This document shows, piece after piece, positions 1-10,908 of a stretch of 64,000 nt of DNA (within the stretch, counting starts at the first letter, position 1; every line of letters starts with the position of its first letter). The position numbers and the translations under genes were made by a program. This DNA is from Paracoccaceae bacterium (GTDB lineage: Bacteria > Pseudomonadota > Alphaproteobacteria > Rhodobacterales > Rhodobacteraceae): positions 33,033 through 97,032 of the forward strand of contig JAHEJA010000015.1 in assembly GCA_024639125.1 (NCBI GenBank), written 5' to 3'. Under the pieces are notes generated by a model. The model was not told the DNA's origin. It saw nothing but the letters and a program-made list of their open reading frames with translations, and did no database searches.

Positions 1-132
1 TCAAAAAGTTTTGCCGCATGTTGATCCGCGTCTAGCTTTTCCAATACAATGACATCACCAGATAGGTTTTTAGGAAGGTCGGCTTTCACGCCCGTCCAAT
101 TGTCAACTGGCGTTCCAAGTTTTACGTCTGTC
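1..132 (-). CDS. Partial ORF (N-terminus only) running off the left edge; GNAT-like N-acetyltransferase candidate
   Basis: Reverse-complement ATG at 130-132 gives MTDVKLGTPVDNWTGVKADLPKNLSGDVIVLEKLDADQHAAKLF..., open to position 1. It sits 20 nt downstream of the LuxR-like stop on the same strand. The (I/L)xLxxLxxxDxxxLF pattern resembles GNAT/RimL-type N-termini. Only 44 residues are visible. Confidence 0.35.
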
Positions 133-152
133 ATAATCCCCAATACCAACTA

Positions 153-965
153 TCAAACCGACGGCGGCTCGTCCCACGTCCATACGATTGAATACCAATA
201 GTAAACCTTGGGATCTGGGATTTCCAGATATAAACCACTCTCAAGTCTTTGAACTTCCAATCCGGGAACTTCTACACTGCGACCTTGGGCCGTGACACTT
301 ACGCCGGCAATTTTTGGAACAACCCCGCTTTCAAAATTAACGCGGATCGACGCGACCTTGGTCGGACGTGAAATGCTAAGGTTTTGCGTTTCCGTTGGGT
401 TTAAATAGGAATTTTTTGATATAAGCCGCATAAATGTCGTGAAAAGTGTTCCATCTTTAATAGGCTCTGGAAAATCAAAGGGGTACCAATGCAAAGTGTC
501 CAGCGATGTTTTGTGTTTAATAATGTTGCCATTAAATTCTAGCAACATAATGGCCCCAGCGTCCACACCACTGGGAAAAGCAGTAGACTTAATTGCGCCA
601 AACATTGCCTCTGCTTCGGTGGTCACTGTGCTTTCTGCAGTAATACCGTCGGCAGAGATTGTCAGCTCTGCGCGCACGTCATGCCAGTATTCATAGCCCT
701 GACTGGAATTGTTATTGAAAAATTCGTTAAATGCCTGCAACTCAAGAAAACACTCTCTGAGTGTATTCGCATCAAATTTTCGAATAACATTTCGTATATG
801 CGATTTTACTGTCTCTTCGGAGACACCTATTTGATCGGCAATATCCTTGCGAGAGGCGCCAGTGAGCAAATAAGGGACAAGACTAATTTCGCGCTTCGTG
901 AGTTTTGGAGGCCTTCGCATATCAAAACAGTGAACCTTACCTGAAAAATTTATACCGCAGTCCAA
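153..965 (-). CDS. LuxR/GerE-type HTH regulator with N-terminal HTH (residues ~20-75) and a ~190 aa C-terminal domain of unknown function
   Basis: LTKREISLVPYLLTGASRKDIADQIGVSEETVKSHIRNVIRKF is a near-consensus LuxR_C/GerE helix-turn-helix, but placed at the N-terminus. The remaining beta-rich ~190 aa are not recognisable. The start Met is ambiguous (M1 or M16). Confidence 0.6.
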   Translation of the reverse strand: MDCGINFSGKVHCFDMRRPPKLTKREISLVPYLLTGASRKDIADQIGVSEETVKSHIRNVIRKFDANTLRECFLELQAFNEFFNNNSSQGYEYWHDVRAELTISADGITAESTVTTEAEAMFGAIKSTAFPSGVDAGAIMLLEFNGNIIKHKTSLDTLHWYPFDFPEPIKDGTLFTTFMRLISKNSYLNPTETQNLSISRPTKVASIRVNFESGVVPKIAGVSVTAQGRSVEVPGLEVQRLESGLYLEIPDPKVYYWYSIVWTWDEPPSV

Positions 966-1016
966 GATCTACAGTAATTTCAATAAATATCAACAATACC
1001 AATTCGTAATGGCACT

Positions 1017-1044
1017 AAAAACCCCGCCAAAAAGAGCGGGGTTT
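1017..1044 (-). terminator. Rho-independent terminator downstream of aspS (stem CCCCGC/GCGGGG, flanked by A-run on + and T-run on -)
   Basis: AAAACCCCGCcaaaaagaGCGGGGTTT. On the minus strand the stem is followed by TTTT, 20 nt after the aspS stop. It could also act bidirectionally. Confidence 0.6.
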
Positions 1045-1064
1045 CGTAAGGTTAACTTGTTGAA

Positions 1065-2840
1065 CTAGTCTTGCGGAATAACGCGCAAGCCCAATTCCAT
1101 AAGCTGATCCGACATTGGTTCGCTTGGTGCGTTCATCATCAAATCTTCTGCGCGTTGGTTCATCGGGAATAGGATCACTTCGCGGATGTTTTGCTCTTCT
1201 GCAAGCAACATCACGATCCGGTCGATCCCAGCAGCGCAGCCACCATGCGGGGGGGCGCCATATTGGAATGCATTCACCATGCCACCGAACCGCTTGCGCA
1301 CTTCGGATTCATCATAACCCGCAATTTCAAATGCTTTGAACATGATTTCCGGTTTGTGGTTCCGAATGGCGCCTGACACTAATTCATACCCGTTGCACGC
1401 CAAATCATACTGAAAACCCAAAACATCTAGCGGATTGCCGTTCAAAGCATCCATGCCACCTTGGGGCATCGAAAATGGGTTATGTTCAAAATCGATCTTG
1501 CCGGTCTCTTCGTCCTGTTCATAGATTGGGAAATCCACGATCCAAGCAAAGGCAAATCGGTTTTTATCCGTTAGACCCAGCTCTTCGCCGATCACGTTGC
1601 GCGCACGGCCTGCAACGGATTCGAATTGCTTTGGCTTTCCACCCAAGAAAAACGCAGCATCGCCAACACCTAGCCCAAGCTGTTCACGGATCGCTTCTGT
1701 ACGCTCTGGACCAATGTTCTTGGCCAAAGGACCCGCGGCTTCCATGCCGTCTGCCCCGTCGCGCCAGAAGATGTAGCCCATTCCGGGCAATCCTTCTTTT
1801 TGGGCAAAGGCGTTCATACGATCACAGAATTTGCGGCTACCGCCTGTTGGTGCAGGAATCGCACGAATTTCGGTGCCCTCTTGTTCCAAAAGTTTCGCAA
1901 AAATAGCAAACCCTGATCCACGGAAATGTTCGGATACAACTTGCATCTTGATCGGATTGCGAAGATCAGGCTTATCAGAGCCATACCAAAGAGCGGCATC
2001 ACGATATGAAATCTGTGGCCAGTCTTGGTCAACGTTTTTACCGCCGCCAAATTCTTCGAATACGCCCGTTAAAACCGGTTGAATTGTGTCAAACACATCC
2101 TGTTGCGTAACAAATGACATCTCCATGTCCAACTGATAGAAATCCGTAGGGCTGCGATCAGCGCGTGGATCTTCGTCGCGGAAACAAGGCGCGATTTGGA
2201 AATATTTGTCAAAGCCAGAGACCATCAACAATTGTTTGAATTGCTGCGGCGCTTGGGGAAGTGCGTAAAATTTTCCTGGGTGCAAACGTGATGGCACCAA
2301 GAAATCGCGCGCACCTTCTGGTGACGATGCCGTGATAATTGGTGTTTGGAATTCACGGAAACCGCCGTCCCACATCCGACGGCGCATAGAGGCCACCACA
2401 TCCGAGCGCATTTTCATATTTTTCTGAAGCTTTTCACGGCGCAAATCGAGGTACCGATATTTCAAGCGTGTTTCTTCGGGATACTCTTGGTCTCCGAAGA
2501 CCATCAAAGGCAACTCTTCGGATTTTCCAAGGACTTCGATATCTTGGATAAACACTTCGATTTCGCCCGTTGGGATTTTGGCGTTCACAAGGCTTTCGTC
2601 ACGCGCCAAAACCTTGCCATCGATGCGAATACACCATTCGCTCCGAACTTTTTCAATTTCGGCAAAAACCGGGCTATCAGGATCAGCCATGACTTGGGTC
2701 ATGCCATAATGGTCGCGCAAATCAATAAACAGCAAGCCGCCGTGATCACGTACACGGTGGACCCAACCAGAGAGACGAACAGTATCGCCAACGTTAGATT
2801 TGTTCAGTGCGGCACAGGTATGGCTGCGATAGGCGTGCAT
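1065..2840 (-). CDS. aspS: Aspartate--tRNA ligase
   Basis: 591 aa with class II aaRS motifs ([38 protein letters not shown]) and an N-terminal OB anticodon-binding domain. Confidence 0.95.
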   Translation of the reverse strand: MHAYRSHTCAALNKSNVGDTVRLSGWVHRVRDHGGLLFIDLRDHYGMTQVMADPDSPVFAEIEKVRSEWCIRIDGKVLARDESLVNAKIPTGEIEVFIQDIEVLGKSEELPLMVFGDQEYPEETRLKYRYLDLRREKLQKNMKMRSDVVASMRRRMWDGGFREFQTPIITASSPEGARDFLVPSRLHPGKFYALPQAPQQFKQLLMVSGFDKYFQIAPCFRDEDPRADRSPTDFYQLDMEMSFVTQQDVFDTIQPVLTGVFEEFGGGKNVDQDWPQISYRDAALWYGSDKPDLRNPIKMQVVSEHFRGSGFAIFAKLLEQEGTEIRAIPAPTGGSRKFCDRMNAFAQKEGLPGMGYIFWRDGADGMEAAGPLAKNIGPERTEAIREQLGLGVGDAAFFLGGKPKQFESVAGRARNVIGEELGLTDKNRFAFAWIVDFPIYEQDEETGKIDFEHNPFSMPQGGMDALNGNPLDVLGFQYDLACNGYELVSGAIRNHKPEIMFKAFEIAGYDESEVRKRFGGMVNAFQYGAPPHGGCAAGIDRIVMLLAEEQNIREVILFPMNQRAEDLMMNAPSEPMSDQLMELGLRVIPQD

Positions 2841-3137
2841 GATAAATGCCTTTCATACGGATGGGTTTATAACTTGCGGTCGATACACAAGGTTGCGACC
2901 AAGATGTCAAGTGTAGCACAGAAGCCTGATACCAAAATTCCCCTCTTTTGTTGGGAAATCGGCGGAACCGGCGCAGAAACTGTGAAAATTTTCGGTATTC
3001 CGTAGAAACGATCGGCTTTTGTGGGAATGATGCGTCTTAAGGCTTGAACCTTGGCGTGGCTTGACTATAACGCAGAACAATTTGCGCGCCATGGATTCCC
3101 TGGTGCCTTTACTGCTGCCACAATCAGAGGTCCGACC

Positions 3138-6100
3138 ATGCCAAAAAGAACCGATATTTCATCCATCATGATCATCGGAGCGGGGCCTATTGTCATTGGC
3201 CAAGCCTGCGAATTTGACTACTCGGGCGCTCAAGCCTGCAAGGCGCTTCGCGAAGAAGGCTATCGTGTCATTCTTGTGAACTCGAACCCAGCCACGATCA
3301 TGACGGATCCCGGCCTTGCCGATGCAACATATATCGAACCAATTACGCCCGAAGTCGTTGCCAAGATCATCGAAAAAGAACGCCCCGATGCGTTGCTGCC
3401 AACCATGGGCGGTCAAACAGGTTTGAACACCGCACTTGACCTAGAAGCAATGGGCGTCTTGGAAAAATTCGGCGTTGAAATGATTGGCGCAAAACGTGAA
3501 GCGATCGAAATGGCAGAAGATCGTAAATTGTTCCGCGAAGCGATGGACCGCCTTGGGCTGGAAAATCCACGGGCCACAATCGTCACTGCCCCCAAGAAAG
3601 CAGATGGATCTGCCGACCTTAATGAAGGGGTGCGCATCGCACTAGAAGCTCTTGATGATATCGGGCTTCCTGCGATCATTCGTCCTGCGTTTACGTTGGG
3701 CGGTACCGGTGGCGGTGTTGCCTATAACCGCGAAGATTATGAATACTATTGCCGAACTGGTATGGATGCATCCCCCGTTAACCAAATCTTGGTGGATGAA
3801 TCTTTGCTCGGTTGGAAAGAGTACGAAATGGAAGTCGTGCGCGACTCTGCCGACAATGCCATTATCGTTTGCTCGATCGAAAACGTGGATCCCATGGGCG
3901 TACACACCGGTGACTCGATCACTGTTGCACCTGCGTTAACCTTGACCGACAAAGAATACCAAATCATGCGGAATGCATCGATTGCTGTTCTGCGTGAAAT
4001 TGGTGTTGAAACCGGTGGGTCAAACGTTCAATGGGCTGTCAATCCCAAAGACGGTCGTATGATCGTTATCGAAATGAACCCACGCGTTTCGCGATCCTCT
4101 GCCTTGGCCTCCAAGGCGACGGGTTTCCCAATTGCCAAAATCGCGGCCAAACTTGCCGTTGGATATACGCTTGACGAGCTAGACAATGACATCACCAAAG
4201 TCACGCCGGCGTCGTTTGAACCGTCAATCGATTATGTCGTTACAAAAATTCCACGCTTTGCCTTTGAAAAATTCGCAGGGTCCGAGCCGCATCTTACCAC
4301 TGCAATGAAATCGGTTGGCGAAGCCATGGCCATAGGCCGTACGATCCATGAATCCTTGCAAAAAGCGCTGGCATCCATGGAAACAGGTCTGACCGGTTTT
4401 GACGAAGTCCACATCGAAGGCGCCCCAGAAAGATCAGCAGTGATCAAGGCAATCAGCAAACAAACCCCGGATCGTATGCGGACGATTGCCCAAGCAATGC
4501 GCCATGGCCTAAGCAACGAAGACATTCACAATGTCACAATGTTTGATCCATGGTTCCTGGAACGCATTCGTGAAATCGTAAATGCCGAAGAAGAGGTTCG
4601 TGCAAACGGGTTGCCACAGGATGCACAGGGTATTCGCGATTTGAAAATGATGGGCTTTACGGATGCGCGTTTGGCCAACCTCACAGGGTTCAAAGAATCC
4701 GATGTCCGTCGTGCGCGGACCGCACTTGGGGTGACAGCGGTGTATAAACGCATCGACACCTGCGCCGCCGAATTCGAAGCTCAGACCCCATATATGTATT
4801 CCACATACGAAGCCCCAATGATGGGCGATGTAGAATGTGAAGCCCGCCCCTCGGATCGCAAAAAAGTTGTGATTTTGGGCGGTGGTCCAAACCGCATTGG
4901 TCAAGGCATCGAATTTGACTACTGTTGCTGCCACGCATGTTTCTCGCTTACGGAAGTAGGCTACGAAACAATCATGATCAACTGTAACCCTGAAACGGTT
5001 TCCACGGACTATGACACGTCTGACCGTTTGTATTTTGAACCGCTTACATTCGAACACGTCATGGAAATCCTACGTGTGGAAAAAGAAAACGGAACCTTGC
5101 ATGGGGTGATCGTTCAATTTGGTGGGCAAACGCCGCTGAAATTGGCAAATGATCTAGAAGCTGAAGGTATCCCAATTCTTGGGACATCGCCGGATGCCAT
5201 CGACTTGGCAGAAGACCGTGAACGCTTCCAAGCTTTGGTGAACCAGCTTGGTCTAAAGCAGCCTAAAAACGGGATTGCCCACTCTGATGCAGAAGCGATG
5301 GCCATTGCTGGCGACATCGGGTTCCCGTTGGTTATTCGTCCCTCCTATGTTCTAGGCGGTCGCGCGATGGAAATCGTCCGCGATATGGCGCAACTAGAGC
5401 GCTATATCAAAGAAGCCGTTGTTGTGTCTGGTGATAGTCCGGTTCTTTTGGATAGCTATCTGTCTGGTGCTGTGGAATGCGATGTGGATGCCCTGTCAGA
5501 CGGGACAACCGTTCACGTTGCAGGTATCATGCAGCACATCGAAGAAGCCGGCGTGCACTCTGGCGACAGCGCGTGTTCGCTTCCTCCTTATTCATTAAGT
5601 GATGACATCATCGAGGGTCTGAAACAACAAACCGAAGCATTGGCATTAGCGTTGAACGTGGTTGGTTTGATGAACGTTCAATTTGCGGTCAAAGACGGTG
5701 ATATCTATTTGATCGAAGTGAACCCACGCGCGTCGCGCACGGTGCCATTTGTCGCCAAAGCCACTGATAGCGCGATTGCATCAATCGCAGCACGTTTGAT
5801 GGCGGGTGAGCCGATGGAAAATTTCCCATTGCGCGAACCCTATCGTGATGCGTCCTATGACGAAAGCGTGCCACTTGGTGATCCTATGACCTTGGCTGAT
5901 CCAATGATGCCTTGGTATTCCGTAAAAGAAGCCGTGATGCCATTCGCGCGCTTCCCGGGCGTCGACACGATCCTTGGGCCAGAAATGCGTTCGACCGGCG
6001 AAGTCATGGGCTGGGACAAAAGCTTTGCACGTGCTTTCCTCAAGGCACAAATGGGCGCAGGAATGGACCTTCCTCAGTCAGGCAAAGTGTTCTTTTCAAT

Positions 6101-6467
6101 TAGAGACACGGACAAAACATCGTCCATGATCGAAGCGGCGCAGACGCTGACATCACTTGGGTTTGAATTGGTTGCAACACGCGGTACAGCCGCATGGTTG
6201 GAACAAGCCGGGCTTACCTGTAGCATCGCAAACAAAGTCTACGAAGGACGCCCAAACATCGTCGATATGTTGAAAAACGACGAAATTGCTTTGGTCATCA
6301 ATACGACCGAAGGAACACAGGCGGTCAATGACAGCCGCGAAATCCGGTCTGTCGCCTTGTTTGATAAAATTCCGTATTTCACAACGGCAGCGGGCGCACA
6401 TGCTGCAAGCCTTGCGATGCAATCGCGAACCGAAGGCGAAATCAGCGTGAAACCGCTACAAGGATAA
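3138..6467 (+). CDS. carB: Carbamoyl-phosphate synthase large subunit
   Basis: Duplicated ATP-grasp halves and an MGS-like C-terminal domain. The conserved start [30 protein letters not shown] is at 3138; the ORF-track start at 3051 adds a non-conserved 29 aa. No carA in the window. Confidence 0.95.
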   Translation: MPKRTDISSIMIIGAGPIVIGQACEFDYSGAQACKALREEGYRVILVNSNPATIMTDPGLADATYIEPITPEVVAKIIEKERPDALLPTMGGQTGLNTALDLEAMGVLEKFGVEMIGAKREAIEMAEDRKLFREAMDRLGLENPRATIVTAPKKADGSADLNEGVRIALEALDDIGLPAIIRPAFTLGGTGGGVAYNREDYEYYCRTGMDASPVNQILVDESLLGWKEYEMEVVRDSADNAIIVCSIENVDPMGVHTGDSITVAPALTLTDKEYQIMRNASIAVLREIGVETGGSNVQWAVNPKDGRMIVIEMNPRVSRSSALASKATGFPIAKIAAKLAVGYTLDELDNDITKVTPASFEPSIDYVVTKIPRFAFEKFAGSEPHLTTAMKSVGEAMAIGRTIHESLQKALASMETGLTGFDEVHIEGAPERSAVIKAISKQTPDRMRTIAQAMRHGLSNEDIHNVTMFDPWFLERIREIVNAEEEVRANGLPQDAQGIRDLKMMGFTDARLANLTGFKESDVRRARTALGVTAVYKRIDTCAAEFEAQTPYMYSTYEAPMMGDVECEARPSDRKKVVILGGGPNRIGQGIEFDYCCCHACFSLTEVGYETIMINCNPETVSTDYDTSDRLYFEPLTFEHVMEILRVEKENGTLHGVIVQFGGQTPLKLANDLEAEGIPILGTSPDAIDLAEDRERFQALVNQLGLKQPKNGIAHSDAEAMAIAGDIGFPLVIRPSYVLGGRAMEIVRDMAQLERYIKEAVVVSGDSPVLLDSYLSGAVECDVDALSDGTTVHVAGIMQHIEEAGVHSGDSACSLPPYSLSDDIIEGLKQQTEALALALNVVGLMNVQFAVKDGDIYLIEVNPRASRTVPFVAKATDSAIASIAARLMAGEPMENFPLREPYRDASYDESVPLGDPMTLADPMMPWYSVKEAVMPFARFPGVDTILGPEMRSTGEVMGWDKSFARAFLKAQMGAGMDLPQSGKVFFSIRDTDKTSSMIEAAQTLTSLGFELVATRGTAAWLEQAGLTCSIANKVYEGRPNIVDMLKNDEIALVINTTEGTQAVNDSREIRSVALFDKIPYFTTAAGAHAASLAMQSRTEGEISVKPLQG

Positions 6468-6471
6468 AGCA

Positions 6472-6500
6472 AAGCCGGGGATTTCCCCGGCTTACTTTTT
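6472..6500. terminator. Bidirectional hairpin terminator between convergent carB and neuA-like
   Basis: AAGCCGGGGatttCCCCGGCTT is a perfect 9-bp stem followed by ACTTTTT on the plus strand. It overlaps the minus-strand stop at 6492-6494. Confidence 0.6.
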
Positions 6501-7160
6501 CAGATGGTCTTCAACAGCTTTAAAATCAGCAAGCGTGTCGATATCCTGAGATCGCTCGTTTGGCATCTCGCATAGCCCAATGCGATCCGTCGCCAACCCA
6601 CCATTTGCTATAAACCAATCCGCGCCAAATACATAAACAGCCCCGTTTGGCTTGAAAACCTCGGGCAAAGATTGGCGGTTGGAAAAGCAATACTCGGGTT
6701 TAGACACAGGGATAAACGTATTGCCTTGACGCATTCCCCATTTCAAAATCGACCGCTCAGCCGGCGTTACAGTTTGCACCAAATCATAGTGCCCCGTTTC
6801 ATAAACAGATATCGCATCCAAAACGTCCTGATCCAGACGAAGTGGCGAGGTCACTTGTAACAAAACAAGCGTTTTTCCGGTCAAGTTTTGCGCCGAAATT
6901 ACATCACGCAAAACGTCATCCATTGTAGAGGTGTCTTGGGCAAATTGCGACGGTCGGTTATAGAGCTCAACCGTGTCTTGTTGATCAGACCCAAGGATTT
7001 CATGCATATCCGTTGACACAACAACCCGAGACACGGTTCGCAGACCTTGATCAACAGCATGTTGAAACAGGGGCTTTCCTGCCAGTGCGCGGATATTTTT
7101 CAAAGCAAGCCCCTTGGACCCCCCCCGTGCTGGTACAATCGCTACATATTCATTCGACAT
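6492..7160 (-). CDS. neuA: Acylneuraminate (CMP-sialic/nonulosonic acid) cytidylyltransferase, short NeuA type
   Basis: IVPARGGSKGLALKNI, QVTSPLR and FKPNGAVYVF motifs match N. meningitidis-type CMP-NeuAc synthetase rather than KdsB. The ATG at 7160 is preferred over the TTG at 7175. It overlaps the waaA stop. Confidence 0.8.
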   Translation of the reverse strand: MSNEYVAIVPARGGSKGLALKNIRALAGKPLFQHAVDQGLRTVSRVVVSTDMHEILGSDQQDTVELYNRPSQFAQDTSTMDDVLRDVISAQNLTGKTLVLLQVTSPLRLDQDVLDAISVYETGHYDLVQTVTPAERSILKWGMRQGNTFIPVSKPEYCFSNRQSLPEVFKPNGAVYVFGADWFIANGGLATDRIGLCEMPNERSQDIDTLADFKAVEDHLKK

Positions 7161-8487
7161 AGGTTGTCCCCACAAATGTGTTTAATGCCGCCAAACTCCG
7201 TGAGGTCGCACCAGATAGCCCATTACAATAGGCTTGGATGTCATTGGGCGTGCTAAAGCCATACCGACGTGCCATGAAAAATTCCTGTAATTCATTATAT
7301 GTCATCTTTTTCACAACACCCTGCGCGATGGCTTCATGCGACAGAAATTCAATAAAGAAATCACCCTGCCCAATAATCGTCGGCTTTCCAAGCGACAAAG
7401 GTTCGGAAATATTATGCGACCCCAAGTCTCCGAAGCCACCGCCAACGACAGCCATCTGGCACAGGTTTAGGTAAAAATACATTTCGCCCAAACTATCCCC
7501 AAGCATGACATCGCAACCCGCACGCCATTCTCCGTTAAGCGTGGCATCCAACGTTTCACTACGTCGCACAAACGCAATGCCTGCGCTCTTGAGCTTATTT
7601 GCGACCACATCAAATCGTTCGGGCGCCCGTGGAACAAAGATGAATATCGGGCGCTCGGGTGCATCATCCGCAAACGACGAAAGCGTGGTTTTCAGAATTT
7701 CAACAAAGTGATCTTCTTCGTCATGCACGATGCTTGCCAAAGTTATCACAGGACGCTTAGGGGGCATGCTTGGTTCAAAAGCTTGAGACGCGGCAATTAA
7801 CACATCAGGGATGTCTTGTTCGAAACGCATTTCACCCGTGATTGCAATTTTTTGCACCCCCCTTTGACGAAACCGCTCTGCATGAGCTTCGGATTTTACC
7901 ATAACGGCCGCAAAGCCAGACACAAAGCGCCCCCGCGACAAAAGCGACTTTTGATCCCGTTCAAAGGCCCGTTGTGAATATTGCCCATTACACAGCACAA
8001 GGGGAATACCCCGCCATTTTGCGGTCCTGATCATGCCGGGCCAAAATTCGATTTCCATAACCAAACCATATTTCGGGCGAAATGCTTTGAAAAACCGCAA
8101 AAATGCAAGGCCATAGTCAAACGGCACATAGACAGGTGTCAAACGGCCTTGGGCTATAGCATCAGCAAATAATTTTTGGGCAGCACTGCGCCCTGCTGGG
8201 GTGAAATGGGTTGTGACCACATATTCCCCCTGTGCCAAAAGCTGATTAATCAAAGGCGCAGCAGATCGCAATTCACCCAAGGACACGGCATGGATCCACA
8301 CATGTTGCTCGGCCCTTTGCCGGTGCAGCCCAAACCGTTCGGGCAGATGCGCCCAGTATGCGGGGTCTTTGCGCCCGCGTTTATACAAATAGGCCAAGAT
8401 CAAAGGCATCCCAAAGACCCAAATCATCCGATATAAAATATAGACCAGATGCGTTGATATGCTTGAATTATTGGGAAGCGGCTTCAC
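7150..8487 (-). CDS. waaA: 3-deoxy-D-manno-octulosonic acid (Kdo) transferase, GT30
   Basis: YKRGRKDPAYW, HAVSLGE, MEIEFWPGMI and LCNGQYS match the E. coli WaaA N-terminal region (RGRKAPAY, HSVSVGE, METELWPN, ANARLS). The start is uncertain (GTG at 8487 or internal Met). Confidence 0.8.
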   Translation of the reverse strand: MKPLPNNSSISTHLVYILYRMIWVFGMPLILAYLYKRGRKDPAYWAHLPERFGLHRQRAEQHVWIHAVSLGELRSAAPLINQLLAQGEYVVTTHFTPAGRSAAQKLFADAIAQGRLTPVYVPFDYGLAFLRFFKAFRPKYGLVMEIEFWPGMIRTAKWRGIPLVLCNGQYSQRAFERDQKSLLSRGRFVSGFAAVMVKSEAHAERFRQRGVQKIAITGEMRFEQDIPDVLIAASQAFEPSMPPKRPVITLASIVHDEEDHFVEILKTTLSSFADDAPERPIFIFVPRAPERFDVVANKLKSAGIAFVRRSETLDATLNGEWRAGCDVMLGDSLGEMYFYLNLCQMAVVGGGFGDLGSHNISEPLSLGKPTIIGQGDFFIEFLSHEAIAQGVVKKMTYNELQEFFMARRYGFSTPNDIQAYCNGLSGATSRSLAALNTFVGTTYVE

Positions 8488-9788
8488 TTGGCGTCCTTTG
8501 CATTTGTCGCATGTTTCACTGGGATCATAGTCACAAGTGTGGTGATCAGAACATCCATTTTCGCCGCCTGTCCCACGCGTAGGGTCTGGGCCGCACCGAG
8601 CGTGTCACGCCAGGTTTCCGATCGCCAGAGCGCACTTAGGTCTTGGGCGTTTTGAATAGGCAGCGCTGCCCCGGCTTGATCTAGCAACGCATAATCATTT
8701 TCAAAATTCAAGGTCCGCGGTCCGTGAATAACAGCACAGCCAAGTTGGACAGCTTCCCATGGGTTATGCCCTTCGACATCGCTGAATGTACCACCGATGA
8801 CGGCACTATTGGCCAATGAATACCACAGCCCCATTTCCCCGAACGTATCCGCGATGTAAACTTGGGTCCGCACATTTGGCGTCTGATCAAAACTGCGCAC
8901 GCCAACATCAAGCCCATGAAGTGTTGGCAGGATAGTTTCTAATCGAGTGATATCACGCGGCGCAATAATCAATAGATCCCGAGGATGGGTCGCCAGAACA
9001 TCCCGAAACGCGTCAATCGCAACAGTTTCGGTTTTGGCATGTGAGGACGCGATCAAATGGATACTCCGATCCTTGGTCAAAGACTTGAACAAAGCCAGCT
9101 CTTGTTGGTTCACATCCAATGGAGGCGCAAAAGGTTTAAGCGACCCATCAACCCGCACGAGGCGTTTGATACCAAAGGCCTGGATATTGTTTGCGGTTGC
9201 AACATCTTGGGCAGACAAGAGATCAAAGTGATCATAGATCAAACGAAACACAGGCATGCTTTTGCGTTTCTTATCGAATGACGCCTTGTTCATACGCGCG
9301 TTTATCAAAACCTGGGGAACCTTGCGCCGCGCAGTCATATCAATGAAATTCGGCCAAATATCTTGTTCAGACCACAGCACCAAATCGGGTGCCCAGTGAT
9401 CAAGAAACGCATTGATATAGCGCGATACATCAAGCGGCAAAAATTGATGCACTGTGCGATCCGGAAGGTTCTTGGCAAATGTTCGGGCGGACGCCACCGT
9501 CGAAGAGGTCACCAAAAAATTCACATCAGGGCGCACGCGAGAGATGGCATCAATCACACCACGCAGCGCCAAAGTTTCGCCCAACCCAACTGCATGAAGC
9601 CACACTAATGGCCCTTGGGGGCGAATAATTGTTGGCTTGCCCAGTTTTTCACACCACCGAACTGGGTCCTCTTTGCCGCGCATAACCCGCTTGATCAAAT
9701 GGCGTTTCGCCATCAGCGAAAACAACCACGTCACACAGCGATAGGCCCCTAGATAAAGCGATCCAATCAGATTAGACATCGACATCAT
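8484..9788 (-). CDS. Second WaaA/KdtA-like GT30 glycosyltransferase (paralog)
   Basis: 434 aa with RGKEDPVRW, HAVGLGE, WSEQDIWPNF and INARMN, the same GT30 hallmarks as the adjacent waaA but clearly diverged. It shares a 4-nt ATGA overlap with waaA and overlaps the neuC stop. Confidence 0.75.
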   Translation of the reverse strand: MMSMSNLIGSLYLGAYRCVTWLFSLMAKRHLIKRVMRGKEDPVRWCEKLGKPTIIRPQGPLVWLHAVGLGETLALRGVIDAISRVRPDVNFLVTSSTVASARTFAKNLPDRTVHQFLPLDVSRYINAFLDHWAPDLVLWSEQDIWPNFIDMTARRKVPQVLINARMNKASFDKKRKSMPVFRLIYDHFDLLSAQDVATANNIQAFGIKRLVRVDGSLKPFAPPLDVNQQELALFKSLTKDRSIHLIASSHAKTETVAIDAFRDVLATHPRDLLIIAPRDITRLETILPTLHGLDVGVRSFDQTPNVRTQVYIADTFGEMGLWYSLANSAVIGGTFSDVEGHNPWEAVQLGCAVIHGPRTLNFENDYALLDQAGAALPIQNAQDLSALWRSETWRDTLGAAQTLRVGQAAKMDVLITTLVTMIPVKHATNAKDAK

Positions 9789-10899
9789 GAAAGCGTTTTT
9801 GGAACGACCGCGCCCAGAAAGCCGGGGATTTCAAGACCTGAATGAATTGGTTGGTCGCATCCCCTTGGCCAAATTCGGTTTGTCCAGAATAGGTAACACC
9901 CCATTGCGTTTGTAGAAATTCGCTAATTTTAGCTGTTTCATCTGCACGTGCTTTAAAAATTGATGCCGCAAAAGATCGATTGGTTTGACGCGATCCGACA
10001 TCTAGCGACGATATGCCAACAAAGGGTGCTTCGCGCACGCCAGCAGAAGAATTGCCGATCATGCAGGCTGCATTCTTCATAAGTTCGGAAAAATGTGAAA
10101 ATCGCATGGACGGTAAAACACGGAACCGGTCTTTGGGGAGGCGGTTGATCACGTCTAAAATGCCATCACAGCCCGGATCATTATTGGGCCGTATGATGAC
10201 AAAATATTTTCCGCTTTCGGCTAAGGCGCCAAACAAATCTTGGGCCTGAGCGCCCATTTGGTCCGCCTCTGACGTGACAGGATGAAAGGTACAAACCCCA
10301 TAATCGCGATCCGCAATTTGATAACGCCCAATCACATCATCCAAGGTAATGCCGGATGGTTTCGCATGAAAGTCCAATTCAGGCGAACCGATCACGTAAA
10401 TCGATTCTTCATCTTCGCCCAATGCTTTGACACGCTTTGCCGCCGTTTCCGAGCTTACAAAATGGCAATAGGCAAGTTTGGAATTACAATGGCGGAACAA
10501 TTCATCAATCGTACCTGACACTTCTCCGCCTTCGATGTGAGCGCACCGAACATAGTTGGTCGCGCAGACCAATGCACAGGCCAGCGCTTCGACGCGATCC
10601 CCATGGACCAGAACCAAATCTGGCGCATGCTCTTGTATGAAATCCGAAAACCCAATCATGGTTTTGGCAAGGATCATATCCTGTGGGTCACCAGGGCGCT
10701 GATTCAAGAATTCATAAACGCCGACATTCGGTGTGCGGTGGACTTCGATTTTTGTGGTGCCGTATGCTTCCATCATGTGCATACCAGTCACAAAGAACGA
10801 AACGTCAAAGCCATTTTGACTGGCTGCAACAGCAAGCGGTTCTAATTTACCGAAATCCGCACGTGTGCCAGTGACAAATATAAGCTTTTGACCGGTCAT
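9772..10899 (-). CDS. neuC: UDP-N-acetylglucosamine 2-epimerase (hydrolysing), NeuC family
   Basis: 375 aa with LIFVTGTRADFGKLEPL, VHGDRVEALA and HIEGGEVSGTIDE motifs typical of the hydrolysing NeuC/LegG subfamily. An AAGGAAA RBS lies 6 nt upstream. Confidence 0.85.
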   Translation of the reverse strand: MTGQKLIFVTGTRADFGKLEPLAVAASQNGFDVSFFVTGMHMMEAYGTTKIEVHRTPNVGVYEFLNQRPGDPQDMILAKTMIGFSDFIQEHAPDLVLVHGDRVEALACALVCATNYVRCAHIEGGEVSGTIDELFRHCNSKLAYCHFVSSETAAKRVKALGEDEESIYVIGSPELDFHAKPSGITLDDVIGRYQIADRDYGVCTFHPVTSEADQMGAQAQDLFGALAESGKYFVIIRPNNDPGCDGILDVINRLPKDRFRVLPSMRFSHFSELMKNAACMIGNSSAGVREAPFVGISSLDVGSRQTNRSFAASIFKARADETAKISEFLQTQWGVTYSGQTEFGQGDATNQFIQVLKSPAFWARSFQKRFHDVDV

Positions 10900-10908
10900 T
10901 CGCTTTCC

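Noticed and set aside
2346-3005. 219-aa plus-strand ORF overlapping the aspS 5' region and the aspS/carB intergenic region.
   Set aside because: Antisense to aspS over most of its length, composition-biased translation, no recognisable motifs.
3051-3137. 29-aa N-terminal extension of carB in the ORF track (start at 3051).
   Set aside because: The conserved CarB N-terminus [30 protein letters not shown] begins at 3138. The upstream residues are not CarB-like. Absence of carA next to carB is common in alphaproteobacteria and is not treated as an anomaly.
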